The notes beneath the pieces are model-generated. The model did not search any database, was not told the DNA's origin, and saw only the letters and a list, made by a program, of their open reading frames with translations. DNA of 64,000 nucleotides from Sphagnum compactum (lineage: Eukaryota), in the NCBI GenBank assembly GCA_965153455.1, contig OZ234494.1:4340001-4404000 (forward strand), in the 5' to 3' direction. Positions 1 to 12,412 of the stretch are shown piece after piece. A program made the position numbers and the translations under genes. Every line of letters begins with the position of its first letter. Position 1 is the stretch's first letter.

Positions 1-1083
1 TTTCAAACACATTTATTCTCTGGGGAACATGATTGTTCCTAGAACAATTTAAGCTTCTCATCCATAGGGACATAGTTGTTCTCTAAGGAAAAGGACAATT
101 GCCCCAAGGAAAGGCTTCAATGCCCCCAAAAAAACAAGGAAACATATGTGTTGAATCTTTTGCTATCAAAATCATCTCATATTCATTTTTCGTAATCAAA
201 GTCATCTCATGTTCCCCTTAGAAAAAAACTATTTCCTCTTTGGGAAAGTCTTTAGAAGAGCTACAACTTTATAATTAAAAATATTTCAATTAAAATTCAT
301 ATTGAGAACAATTATGATTACACAAAATTTTAAACACATTTATTTTCTAGGAAGATGATCCCTCCCTCCCAGGGACAACTAAAAACCTTTTTATTTGAGG
401 GACATGATTGCATATTATAATTGTGTAGAGCCCGATGCCTCGTTTAACTCGTTGCTACTATTTACTGTTTCTCGATTAGGGTTGAATTTTTGGACCCTTC
501 ACTAATAATTTTCAAATGATCGATACTCACTTGTTCTTTGAAAATTTTCAAAAACCTGGATGAAAAAGGTTATTTTCTTTTGAAAATTCAAAATAAACCC
601 AGAACTGGGGTTCTTTGATTTTGAACATTTTCAAAAACCTGAGATTGGAGGTTATAACTTGAAACAAAATTTTAAAAATGTCGGTTGCTGATGCCATCTT
701 CCAAGGAATTATGGATTTCAATTTTTTTTTTGGGCCATACCAGATGCTAAACTGTTATGATGTGCAGCAACTTGGTGAAAACCTCAACACTAAAAAATAG
801 AACTCTGCACTCTAATGCTCCATATTCGGAACAAGTACTTTCAACTTAAACAAACAAAAAGGAAAGATATTTAATTTGCTTAGTAAGCATCTTCAAAGAT
901 CCAAACCCTCCTATTCACCTCTCCTATTAATTAGTTGACAAGTTTTTTTTTTTTTTTTTGTTGCAATGAGCCAATTTAAGGAATCTTTGACAAATCTATC
1001 TTTTAGAAATTGACCCACTAGACACAATTAGTTTTTACTTTGCTCGTTGTCTTTCTTTTCTTTTTTTTTAACAAAGAGTTTAC

Positions 1084-1330
1084 TTATTTTTCAAACATTT
1101 TAAAAATAAAAATATGATTTGCATCCACATGTCTTTTAAGAGAAGTTATTCCATTTGTCATATAATAAGAAATCAATCCTTTCCTCACTTGAGTTCTCGG
1201 ATTTATTCCTATTACAAGTTTTTGATGACAAAAGATACAACACATGATTTGTGTATTTTCAAGGTCAACTTCTGCATTATCATTGACACAATAAAAACTC
1301 CAACACAAATATAATCTTCCATGTGGTTTC
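1084..1330 (-). mobile_element. Degenerate BED-type zinc-finger fragment, probably a hAT-superfamily transposase remnant
   Basis: Translation CWSFY...CCIFCHQ...NGITSLKRHVDANH matches the BED finger pattern (W-x-F, C-x2-C, G-x-T-x-L-x-x-H-x4-H). No catalytic domain follows and the context is AT-rich. Confidence 0.6.
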
Positions 1331-2079
1331 TAGCTTATTCTTTGAGCATGTAACTTTTTAATATTTATCTTCATTTCTTCATTTCTTTTATTTTTTTGGA
1401 TACTTGCTTGTTTCTATTTGCACATTTACATTTTTTTTCATAATCCATCATTCATGTAGAGTTCAATCGTTTCATTATTTCCACTTACAACATTTTCATC
1501 TTTAAAAGATTGTTCCATTGACAATTTTCACAAGAGTATTTCTAGAATTAAGGCAACAACAAGATTTGCAAGCAATCTCTATTACCAAACAATTACCAAT
1601 ATTTTCATAAACAGAAAGGAGAGCAAAAATAAAACATTCACAAGGGTTTAGAATTCAAAAAATACTTTTACAAAAACAATGGGTTTAAAGGTTTTGAAAA
1701 AACATTTACAAACAATGGGGTTGAAGGTTAAGAAAGTAAAATAAAATCATTCACTTTTCTTTCATTAAGAGTACAAAAATGTATAATGGTACTTTTTTGG
1801 AAACATAGTATGGGTTAATGGATATCCTGCACATAAACAAACAAACAAAATTTAACATTTTTAAACAAACGTATTACAAGAATTTTTTAAAAACTAGAAA
1901 AAAAATAAAAATAAATCTAAGACCAAAAACTATTTGGAGACAGAAAACAAAACACAAAAAAAAAAATCACAAAAAAAAAAACTTACCTTTTCTTTGGTTG
2001 TTGGAAAGTTTGTTCCTCCTAGTTCCAAGTTCCAAGCTCCTTTCTACAAAAGAGGAAGGAAGAGGGAAGTACCACCAAC

Positions 2080-2420
2080 ATAGGGTACAAGGCAATGAGG
2101 CAAACGAGGCAATAAAGCGTAAGACAGCAAGGTAGTGAAACAACAAATGAGGGGTTCAAGAGGTACTTGAAGCACGATGGCAACCAACAAGTGAAGCAAC
2201 ATGAGGTAGCAAGGCAACAAGGCAACGAGGTAATGCGAAGTAGCAAGGCAATGAAACAACGCTTAACAATGAGACAACATGATGCATAACTAGGTGATGA
2301 GTTAATAGGGTGAAATAACAAGATGATGCGACGAAATAGTGAAGCAAAACAACGAGGTAAGGCAACAAAGCAAGTGAGGTGACAAGGCAACAAGATAAGC
2401 GAAGCACAAAAGAAAGAAGT
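2080..2420. repeat. Degenerate purine-rich low-complexity repeat (AAGCAAC/AGGCAAC/GAGGTAG motifs), probably TE-internal
   Basis: Recurrent aggcaac/aagcaac/gaggt motifs. These explain the spurious Cys/Leu-rich minus-strand ORFs. A similar tract lies at 58250-58730. Confidence 0.55.
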
Positions 2421-3509
2421 AGAAGGGAAAAATAAAGTGTGAGGAAAGGATTAAGATAAGGGCCCTATTTTCTAGGGGTCAATGTGGGCCTTGTGTGGTA
2501 TGTGGGGAAGAAGGACTAGAGGAAGTGTTGGGGGGACTTGTGAATAGTTGTAATAAAGTAAGTTAAAGGAGGGTAGTTTTTCTTGCGGAATAATAAGGTG
2601 TTGAACTTGCCCCCTGGTCTTATCCCCTAGAGGACATAATGATTGGGTGCCACAATTTCACCCCTTAACATGAGGAAAAAAAAATTTGAACCTATGATCA
2701 AAACATTCAAAATCCAAACTAAAGCAAAAACACTTGAAAACACAACACACACAATTATGTGAACACACACAACTTTGTGAAAAAAATGCAAGAGGAAGAA
2801 GATAAGGGACAAAAGGCCTTTAATTAGGGTTTTTTAAAGGTGGCCGTTGGAATGCTACACCTCCACCTAATGCTAATTTTTTCACAAAGGATTCTCTTGG
2901 GCAAGGGGTTAAACTTACTAGGGTTTCACTATTTTGTTAAAAAAAAACTTAATGGGTTTTCACCATCCGATTCTCACACAAGTGAAAATTGAAACTGGAA
3001 GCAAAATTTATATTTTTGAATACTGAACTTGCCACTAAATTCTTGGTTCTATTTATGTGTGTAACTAGAATTAGAAGCAAGATTTTTGGAAAAATGTTAT
3101 TTGAAAAAAAACTAGAACCAAGGCTAGTCAAAGGTTAATGGATAAGTAACCATACCTACTAGTTATGATCCAAGTTACTTGGAACCACATTGTAATTAGG
3201 TTTGATTTTTTGACCTAGAACCAAAATGGATCTGGAATTCATGTTTTGGAAGAACCGGACCCATATTAGCAATTCCCCGAGGTTAATGGACAGGTAGCCA
3301 CTAGTTATGGTCCAAGTTACCCAAAACAGCCAGAGTGAACCAGCAGCCACCAATGCACCAGTTGGCTGTTTTGTCCATTGGATGGGTTGCATTTTTTCAT
3401 TTGGCGCCAGATGGGGTTCATCACAATCCATTTCTTTTTGTTGTTAACCATTGTACTTTATTTTTATTTTTAGTTTTTGTCCTTGGTCGTTTTTTCCCTA
3501 GACCTGACC

Positions 3510-4110
3510 TCACACATAATTATCCTACTAACCTTCCTACCTTCATAATTACTACACCAACCTTGGTACCTTATTTATTATCCCCTACTAACATAGCTAC
3601 CTTAATAACTAGTTATCCTACTGACCTAGCTACTATACTAACTACCTACCCTATTAACTACATACCCTACTAACCTAGCTACTATATTAACTACCTACCT
3701 TATTAACCTAGGTACCTTACTAACTAGCAACCCTATATATACAACCACCCTATTGACATAAGTATTCTACAAATGTAGCCACCTTGATAAGGTAGCATGT
3801 TTCCTACGTATTAACTTGCTTATCTACTTAGCTACCCTGCTAGTGTAACTTTCTTCCTACTTACTAACTTGCCCACCTACATGCCTACCTACCTTAGTAA
3901 CATATCTACCTTGTTCCTTGAACTTCCTTTCTACTTATTAACCTACCTACTAACCCAATTACCTACTTATATACTTACTTACCTACCTATGCACCCACCT
4001 TCCTACCTATCACTATGCTTACCTACCTATTTATGCTTTTTACATAGCCAAATACCTAACTAACTACCTACTCACTTTTTTCCAAACCCCCCCTCAATCC
4101 TACCTATCAA
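3510..4110. repeat. Degenerate (CCTA/CTAC/TACC)-rich repeat
   Basis: Dense acctacc/ctactaac/cttacct motifs give the T/Y/P/L-biased ORFs 3335..3673 and 3869..4063. Confidence 0.6.
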
Positions 4111-5724
4111 TTTATTAAGGTTTTTCCTAGTTCATGGATGATGAACACATTTCCCCATATGTAGGTATTACAAACAATTTATAGTGAAAATAATGTCATA
4201 ATGCAACCATTTTGGTTTAGTTAATGCATGTTTTACTAAATATTTTTTACCTAATTTATTTATGGAATGGACATTACAATACAACTTTTCATGTAATTGT
4301 TATAAGTATGTACTATTGGCTTATGGTTTAAGTTTGATAGGGTTGGGACACATAAATTAATCAACAAGTTTTTCACAAATCTATAATAATTAACCTAAAC
4401 TAGATTAAATTTGGGGGAAATTTTTGGGGTTTAGTCATATGTGAAGTAATACAATTTCATTCTATTTTTTTTTCGAAGAGAGTGGAAAAAATTAGCTTGG
4501 AGAGATCACACAAAGGTAAGAGACATATATTCTCTTTTGGTTTTTTATGAAATTTTTTTGATTTTTTTCTAAGATTAAGGTTTTTTTTCGGTTAGTAAAT
4601 ATTTGTAGTTTAAAAACTTTAAAGTTTGGTTGCTAATTTTTTTCCTATGTTCTTTTAAATTTGTTTGTTTTGCATTATATAATGTGTATTAGTTTGTATA
4701 GTTTTTTGGGTTTAGGGCATATAAAACTAAGACTTTTTTTGTTAGGGTTTGTATAATTAGGGTTGTAGTAGGGCTTATGGCAAAATATCATTTGGATTTT
4801 TAAGGTTATGCCTTATGATTTAGTGTTTAGGAATTTGGTTCATATATTTTAGGGTTTAAGGTTTATGCTTTAGACTTTGCTCATTGTATTGGTTTTTGAT
4901 TTTATCATTTGTTTATATCTATAACATAATTATGAATTTCCTTTATTTCCATATGTTCCATAGTTGTTAGAGTTCAAGATTTTTTAACCCATTTTTGTAC
5001 GAGTTATGATCTTTTAAGGTTGTGTTTTCAACTAGGATTACAAAATTTGGTGGAATGTTGTCATCTTTTATTCCTAAAGGTATGCATTTGTGTCTTGTTA
5101 CTTCTTTAGTTTTGTGTTTATATTTTCACAATTCAACTTTTTTTCATTTCCTAACTATTGGATATATAATGGGCGTCAAATTTCATTAAATATACAACCA
5201 TAAATAAAGGTTTTATACATTTACTCGGGTATTTCATATTCAATATCTCTTTGTAGTTTGATTTTTTCATGTACTCAAATACGAATAATGCATTTACTCC
5301 CCACAACTAACGTGGGTTTTACAACTTAAGGTAGGTATTGCATTTTGCACCTCTCAAATAGTGTGCATTAATGATCATTATGTGGGTATTGTTACATGGG
5401 GTTTTCAAACATTGTGGGTTTAAGGTACAACGTAGATATTGCATATGTGAACATTTTCAATGATGGAAAGTTTAATAGCTTAGTGTGGGTAGTGCCAAAG
5501 TTTGTTTTAGTATATGGGTTCATAATGCAAGTATTGTATGTGATGTACATTGGAACAATAAGTATTTTATATCATGATGTGGGTATTGTAATGGGAATTC
5601 CAAATCACAACATCGATTTTAAAGGAGCCACGTAGGTATTGCATTTTGGGTTTTTGTTCAATGATGAATGTTTTTGGAATTATGAATTCTCTTAGTGCAG
5701 GAATTTGTCATACTTCCTTTCAAT

Positions 5725-6395
5725 CATGGGAAGGGTTCCAAAGTCTCGTTCCATTCATGTCCAAAACCCCACCAAGTCTTTTTTCTTAAACAAGGACTTG
5801 GTGTGGATGTCCACGATATGCTATGAAGGGCAAAATAAAGTGAACATTCAATTTGCTTATGTTCCATATGCTTGCATCCTAAAATTCTTGGAAGGTGAAC
5901 GAGGGGATATGGGCACCCCCATGGAATGGAATGTTTCGAAAGCTTTCCAAGCCAAATGGATGTCAAACAACCAACTATCAAAAACCACCTTGGGCATATG
6001 TGGTAAACATTTATGGCATTAACCGTTTTAGTTTTTTAAATTCATATACCAAAGATGTGATCATTTTCGTCTTGAGTGTTTTTTGGTTTAGGTATCAGTG
6101 CGGGTATGGACCATAGGACTATCACGAAGACTCAACCCACATTCGATCTATTAAATGAAGATACCCATTGTCATTCTCAATCAAACATCTATACTGATGT
6201 GGCTGAGATCACAATTTATCATAAGGCCCATTCACGAGCTGATGGGTCACTCGCACATGGTGAACATGACCCGAAATCCATTTCTCGTATGTCTCGTTAT
6301 GTTCCACGCATGTCACAAGCATTGAAGGACCACATATGGGCCCAACTAAGCTTAGGTTACACAACCAAACAAATATATGACAAACATAAAACAAT
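5725..6395 (+). pseudogene. Decayed MULE/SWIM-type (Mutator-related) transposase N-terminal fragment
   Basis: Frames read MGRVPK...AYVPY...FLEGE...EWNV, then YQCGYGP*DY, then IYHKAHSRADGSLAHGEHDP...PRMS...LGYTTKQIYDKH. This resembles the N-terminus of plant SWIM zinc-finger/MULE proteins (YxCxxGPxxY, HxxxxGxxxHG). It has an in-frame TAG near 6114, frameshifts and truncation. Confidence 0.55.
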
Positions 6396-7571
6396 TACTT
6401 CAAATGCATTTTATGTTATACTAACCCCATCCACTTATGGTGATTTTATTGCATGAATTCATTTTTGAGAAAAACCGGATTCAGATTCCAAGTTCCATTT
6501 ATGCAAGGAAGTGGATCGCAACCATTCTAATTCCAGTGATGATGATTTCATTGGACTTGGTTTAGGTGGGATGGGCTATAGTCGTAGGTTGTACAAAAAG
6601 ACAATTCCAAAATTGCAAATTTATTAGAGGTCGATTTCAAACCAATTTTTTTAAAAATAAACACTTTACAAGTTATAATGTTTCAAAATGTCCTTATGGA
6701 TCTTAAGATATCAAAAGAGAAACAAATTTCTTTATTTTTTTCAATGTCTTTTGAAATTTTTGTGTCCTTTCAATTTAAAATAAAATAAAATATTTGTGTC
6801 TTTTCAATTTCATACAAATATAAATATTTGTTATTTGATTTGAATATGTTGAGACTATTTTAAGAGATTAACATGTTTGTTTTCTTTGAAATTAAGCTAG
6901 TTTTCCATAAAAAAAAATTTCTTTTAAATACTTAATTCAAAATTTAATCTTGCTTAGCTGATTTAATATTTATCCACGCTAATTGCTTCCAAAATTGTAA
7001 TGAATTAGAAACAAAAATGGCTGATTAAATCTCCCTTTAGATGATAATTGGACGATATTTTGTACAATTTGAATCCTATATATATGTGACAATAACAAAG
7101 TTTTCAAATGTAAAATTTATTTATTGTTTGTCATTTGATCGTCGTCGGCAGTGCGTAGCAGCGCGAAGCCCAAGTTTGAGTGTTTTTGAGGAAGAGATTC
7201 TTCATAAGAGTAAAGAACGGCCCAAATGCAAGAAAGCAATTACTACCAACAATCTTACACAACATACTAAACATCTTCTTAGCCATGGATCCAACGAAAA
7301 TGAAAGCTTCAAACGTTCTCACATAGACTTTAGTTCCCCCCCTGATCCGCCTTTTCAGGCTGTCTGGAGGATTTAAGATGATTTAAGAGAAAATTTGGAG
7401 CAGACTCGAGAGGAGAGGACACAAAAGAGCTCAGGGAAAAGAGGTGTGAAGAATTGACAAATTGAGAGGCGATAGAAGCACAGAACAAAAGAAAACAGAA
7501 AGGGGGAACAACAACAACCATTAAGACAAGAAGGAGGAGGAATTGGTTGCTCTTGCAGAAAAGGGCCAGGA

Positions 7572-10133
7572 ATGGCAGCAGTGAGGTCAGTAATGACGAC
7601 CACGAGGACGCACTTCCTACTACTACATAATAATAAGTGTAGCTCTTCTGGCTGCTACTTTCTGAGACTGAACAAGGCCTTTGCATCATTGTGCCGCTGG
7701 CCATCTCCAAAGGAAAAATCTTCTTCTTCTTCTTCTTCGGCGGAGGAGACGCTTGCCAGAAGAATCGCTTCTCGAGGAGGGAGCATCAGCAGCAGCAGCA
7801 AGGAGTTTTCCACCAGGGAAGAAGGGCAGTCTGAGTCTCTGGAATACCGGATTTTTTTCTCCGACAGGACGGGAAGAACGGTTGGCTCTAAGTCCCTTGC
7901 TTGCGCCTTCTCATTCTTCCATATCCTGTCCTTCACTAACGCAAAAGGATTAGACTCTGTTTGTTGTTGTAGTAGCGATGGCGATGTGGCCTTTTTACTT
8001 ACCTGTTTTTGAATCCGTGGTATATCTTTTTGGTGGCTCTCAGATATCACCATGGCATGACATTCCATTGCGCTCCTCCTCAGGGGAGGACGGCGACGAG
8101 ACCTTGTTCAATTTCGTAGTGGAGATACCAAAGCGGACGAAAGCAAAGATGGAGGTGGCAACTGAGGAGCAGCCGTATACACCCATCAAGCAGGACACCA
8201 AGAACGGGAAGTTGCGCTATTATCCGCAAGTGTCACCATCCCCTCCCTTTGCGTCTCCTCCTCCTCCTCTTCTCAAATCACTTCTCTCAATTCGTGTCTT
8301 GAAGTGAGGCACAGATCGTAGACCAAATTGCAATCTTCTCACGAGGGCTAATTAGGGGAAGCTACTTTTGCTAATTTTTTATAGAAATTTTTGCAAGTTT
8401 CAGAAATTCCAGTGCAAGTTTGACTAAATTTGGTGTTTTCAAAAAAATCTGTTTTTTAACCACTTTTTTTACCTCACAAGAATGGGAAAAAAAAACCACC
8501 CTTTGCTTTCATCGGATTTGCAGGAGGCTCATTGAGTGAGTGACGACTCAAAGCCACTGCTCTCTAGGAACATTATTATGGCATCATATCCAGATGCTGA
8601 AATTGTTGTATGATTGCATATGATAGTACATTGACTCTGCTTCCCTCATCAAGAGAAGAGATTTATTGTTGTGCTCAACTTTTTTTCTGCAGGTACAACA
8701 TAAACTGGAACTATGGTCTGCTGCCTCAGACATGGGAGGATCCTACACATAGCAATCCTGACATTGAGAATACATATGGTGACAATGACCCGGGTAATGC
8801 CTTCCTCATGCCAAGAATTCGACTTCAGCAATTATTGAGTCTGAATTCTTGTTGTTTGTAACCTTGAGTCTCTGTAATCTGGTGTCTTGAATCTGTGAAC
8901 TTTGTGATTCATGGTACTTTCTTCTTGTGTTGAAGCTGTGAGGCCTTGTTGTGCAGCGTCTTAGTGATTGCTGCAGCAGCAGCACCTGAGGTTTGCTTTA
9001 GACTGTTCAATTCTCCCTAATCCAGCAAAATAAACAAAATTGTCGGTGATTTGTACATTGGAATCTGGAGACAGTGGACATAGTTGAGATTGGGGAGAGA
9101 CAGGCTGAAGTGGGAGAGGTTCTCAAGGTGAAGCCACTGGGTATATTTGCAATGATTGATGAAGGTGAACTGGACTGGAAAGTGGTAGCTATTTCAGTTG
9201 ATGATCAAAAGGCATACCTGGTTGATGACATTGATGATGTTGAGATATACTTCCCGGTTTATCCCACTTCTTTCTCATCTGTTGTTGCTGAATGAATTCT
9301 TGAATTGCTGAGCAATTGAGGTGTTTGCAATTTCTGCAATGTCTGAGATCTCTTCTGAGGCTAATCTGTTAAGTGTGGTTTCAGGGCACCTTGACAGCAA
9401 TCCATGATTGGTTTCAGGACTACAAGGTTCCTGATGGGAGTCCCCCAAACAGATTTGGACTTGGTGACAAGCCAGCTGATAAAGTACTATTCTTTGACTG
9501 CTAAAGGGAGTTTTTCCACATTAATGACAAAATCTTACAAACAGTAGCTGGGTTCCATAGTTAGTGATACTAAGGTGAAGTTAGGGGTGGGATCAAAATT
9601 TGGCTGCATTTCCTCATTGCATGGTTTTATCAGTTTTGTCCCATCTTCTTACAGTGTGGACTGAATCTTAGAGCAGCTCCACCAATGCTCAGTATGTGGC
9701 CTTGCAACAGTATTTCTCACATCCAAGATTAGTTATTTACTTTTTCCCAACCTCACCCACTAAAACTGGGACTGCAAAAGATAGGAGACTACTAATAGCA
9801 ACCCACCTGGACCAATCAAACAATCTAGCCAATCAACAGCAGGTGTCGTCGGGCTTTGCTGGGCCTTTTGCCAGCCTCAGCATCCTGAAAACAAAATGCT
9901 GGGCCAACACTATTTTGCTGAGCCAAACCAGCATTGTTTGACTTTTCTTCATCCAAAATTTGCTGTACAGTGCACTAGTGGGAGCAATTATTCTGAGTAA
10001 CCCAGTTGAAACACTAATACTTGTCATGATACAAATACAGGCAACTGCACTGAGAGTGATTGCAGAGACCAATGCAGCATGGGCCAATCTTGTGAAGAGG
10101 TCTGTTCCTGTGGGAGCACTTTCTCTGGTTTGA
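7572..10133 (+). CDS. PPA6: Soluble inorganic pyrophosphatase (family I), plastid-type with N-terminal transit peptide, about 321 aa
   Basis: Exons 7572-7880, 8044-8225, 8693-8793, 9075-9256, 9385-9483, 10041-10133 total 966 nt in one open frame. Motifs: ISPWHDIPL, VVEIPK, AKMEVAT, KLRYYPYNINWNYG, GDNDPVD, MIDEGELDWK, DYKVPDG. The N-terminus is Ser/Arg-rich. Intron 2 is GC-AG. The symbol denotes similarity to Arabidopsis PPa6, not proven orthology. Confidence 0.93.
9671..9940. mobile_element. Possible Tourist/PIF-Harbinger MITE remnant in PPase intron 5
   Basis: TTA followed by GAGCAGCTCCACCAATGCT resembles a Tourist-type terminus. Only a partial inverted match (AGCATTG near 9930) is present at the other end. 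Confidence 0.3.
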
Positions 10134-12412
10134 TTACCCTACCAATGCCAGGAGTGGTGTTTGATTGTGAGCCCTCTACAGTACAAACCATTTCTTAACT
10201 GTGAGACTTGAACCCAAAACAGAGAAGAGGGAACCTAATTCAATTCCAATGGTTTACATCTCAACACCTAAAGGCGCTACTTATTCCTTATTTCTCCTAT
10301 CTGAATTTCTATATTTTTCAAACAGCTAGCTTTGCACACTCTAATCCTGATGGACATACAAAATGGAAAATTTTGCTATTAGGAGAGTGAGATATAGTCT
10401 ATGCTAAACATGGGAAGAAGACCCATCTAACTGCAATTTCTGTTCTCCTTGGGCAATGACGGTCAGGCATGATCCTGGTGAAATCAACCAATTGAAACCT
10501 CATGCTGAGACCTGAGTGGGAAGTCCACCACACCACTTGAGAATGAGACCCATGTGAAATGGGGTGGTATTCTACTTTTTGGGACATTTGCAAGATTGAG
10601 TACTACAGGCTCTCAGCGGACAGTTTTCATGAGGTCTCATGTGTTGGCCACATTCCAAACCGAGACCCTGCACTGAAAACAAACCATGCACAGAAAATGT
10701 GAAACACCACTGCAAGTCCATTCTGGTAAACGTGATGCTCCCTTTGAATATGTGGAATTCTGCAACAATATGAACAAATGTCATACAAATGTCATACAGG
10801 GAGGAAGAGCCATACATATGTCTGCATGCTTGAATTATCAGTTCGAGTTTTGTTCAGTGATTTTGCTTTCACAAAACTTCAATCCAGAGTCAAAACCCAG
10901 AGCTGAAAAATAGCCTGACTCTGGAGCAAAAATATGCAAAATGTAGGATTTTGGTGATCTCCTGATATGAACATCTGAATGGCAGATGACAAAAGTTGTA
11001 TAGTTCCAAAGTTTGTTGGTTCTGCCTGTAGGGAAGAGACTACACATTGGTGTAGGATTTGGGCATCAAATCCTGGCTTGTCCTTGACCCAATGTGCAAA
11101 TGACATCTGGAGTACTCCTTTTGTGCACCAAATCAGTGCTTAGTGCAAATGAATGTGAGGTTTAAGGACCACACCTGACCTTGGGCATGCAAACCAAACA
11201 CATTTAAAGTTGTAAAGCAAGACTCCCCAAGACAAGTCAAGCTCCCTCTCCATAATGAGTCTTGGGAAGTTGCAGTCTTAGCCCAAGCTTAGACCTCAGC
11301 ATGGATCACAAATGAAAATCAGGCCAAAAGGAAGAGACTCTAAAGAGTCATTGCAAAATGTGTCAAAACATAAGTCTTTACAGTTTTTAATCAAGGCAAA
11401 GAGCATAAAATTGTGACATGCAAGGTGAGGGGGAAAGGGGTAACCATAATGACAAAGAATTCAGACTTGTATTTTGGTTTAACATCCCTACAAGCACCCA
11501 TTGCTTCTTAGATCTCTTTGGCATTCCCAGTGAGACAACATGATCTCTTTGCAATAACTTGCATCAAGCTCAGCTCCCAAAATGACTACACAAGAAAAGC
11601 CCCACCCATAGTCATCAAAACCTTCTCATTACTCCTTTACTTTTCAAAAGAAGCCACACAACTTGCACAGATGCCACATGTTAGGCTTTTTGTGTTTCCC
11701 TCTCCAAACCATCCTAATTTCAGAACAAGTTTTCAAACATTGTTTTTACTTTTGGATAAAGAGAGAATCTTTATCCTACTATGGTTGAGTTGATAAGGAG
11801 GTAAAAAGAGTAAAGACATAACTAGCTGAGAAATTCTTTATCAGAAATTAGTCAGTTGGAAATGTATGCCTTTCCTACACAACTGTTGTTCCCATCACAT
11901 TGAGATGTTGGATATACAGCAAATCAGGGAACTAGTCATTTATCACACTCTTTACCTCTTTGGCCAATGGATGTCAGACATGATCCCCATCAAAATCAAC
12001 AGCTCAAGTTGAGGACTGACTCACCTGCCAAATAAGGCCTATCACATACTTGGATTTGCTAGGTAAGAATTTGTGTGTACATTAAGGTACACAACTGTAT
12101 CCACCTCGTAGATCTGCATGAAAATTGCCCAAAACAGACTCTAATCTGAGATGAATTGTGACTCTAAAGACAGAGCAGATCCACCTACAAGACTTGTCCC
12201 CAGTAGGATGTAATGATGCCTTGAATGTCTACTTTTTTGTGCAAGAGTGCTCCTTAAGAAGCCTAGCCAGCACTGTACCTTAGGTGAGCACAAACTGCCC
12301 TGTACCTGTAGTAACAAGAACTTTTTGTCAACAGTATGGACATCAAGTAACCAATCAAGTAATCCAAAGGGGTGGGCGTTCACCACTGTATAGAGCTCAA
12401 CTCTACACATTT

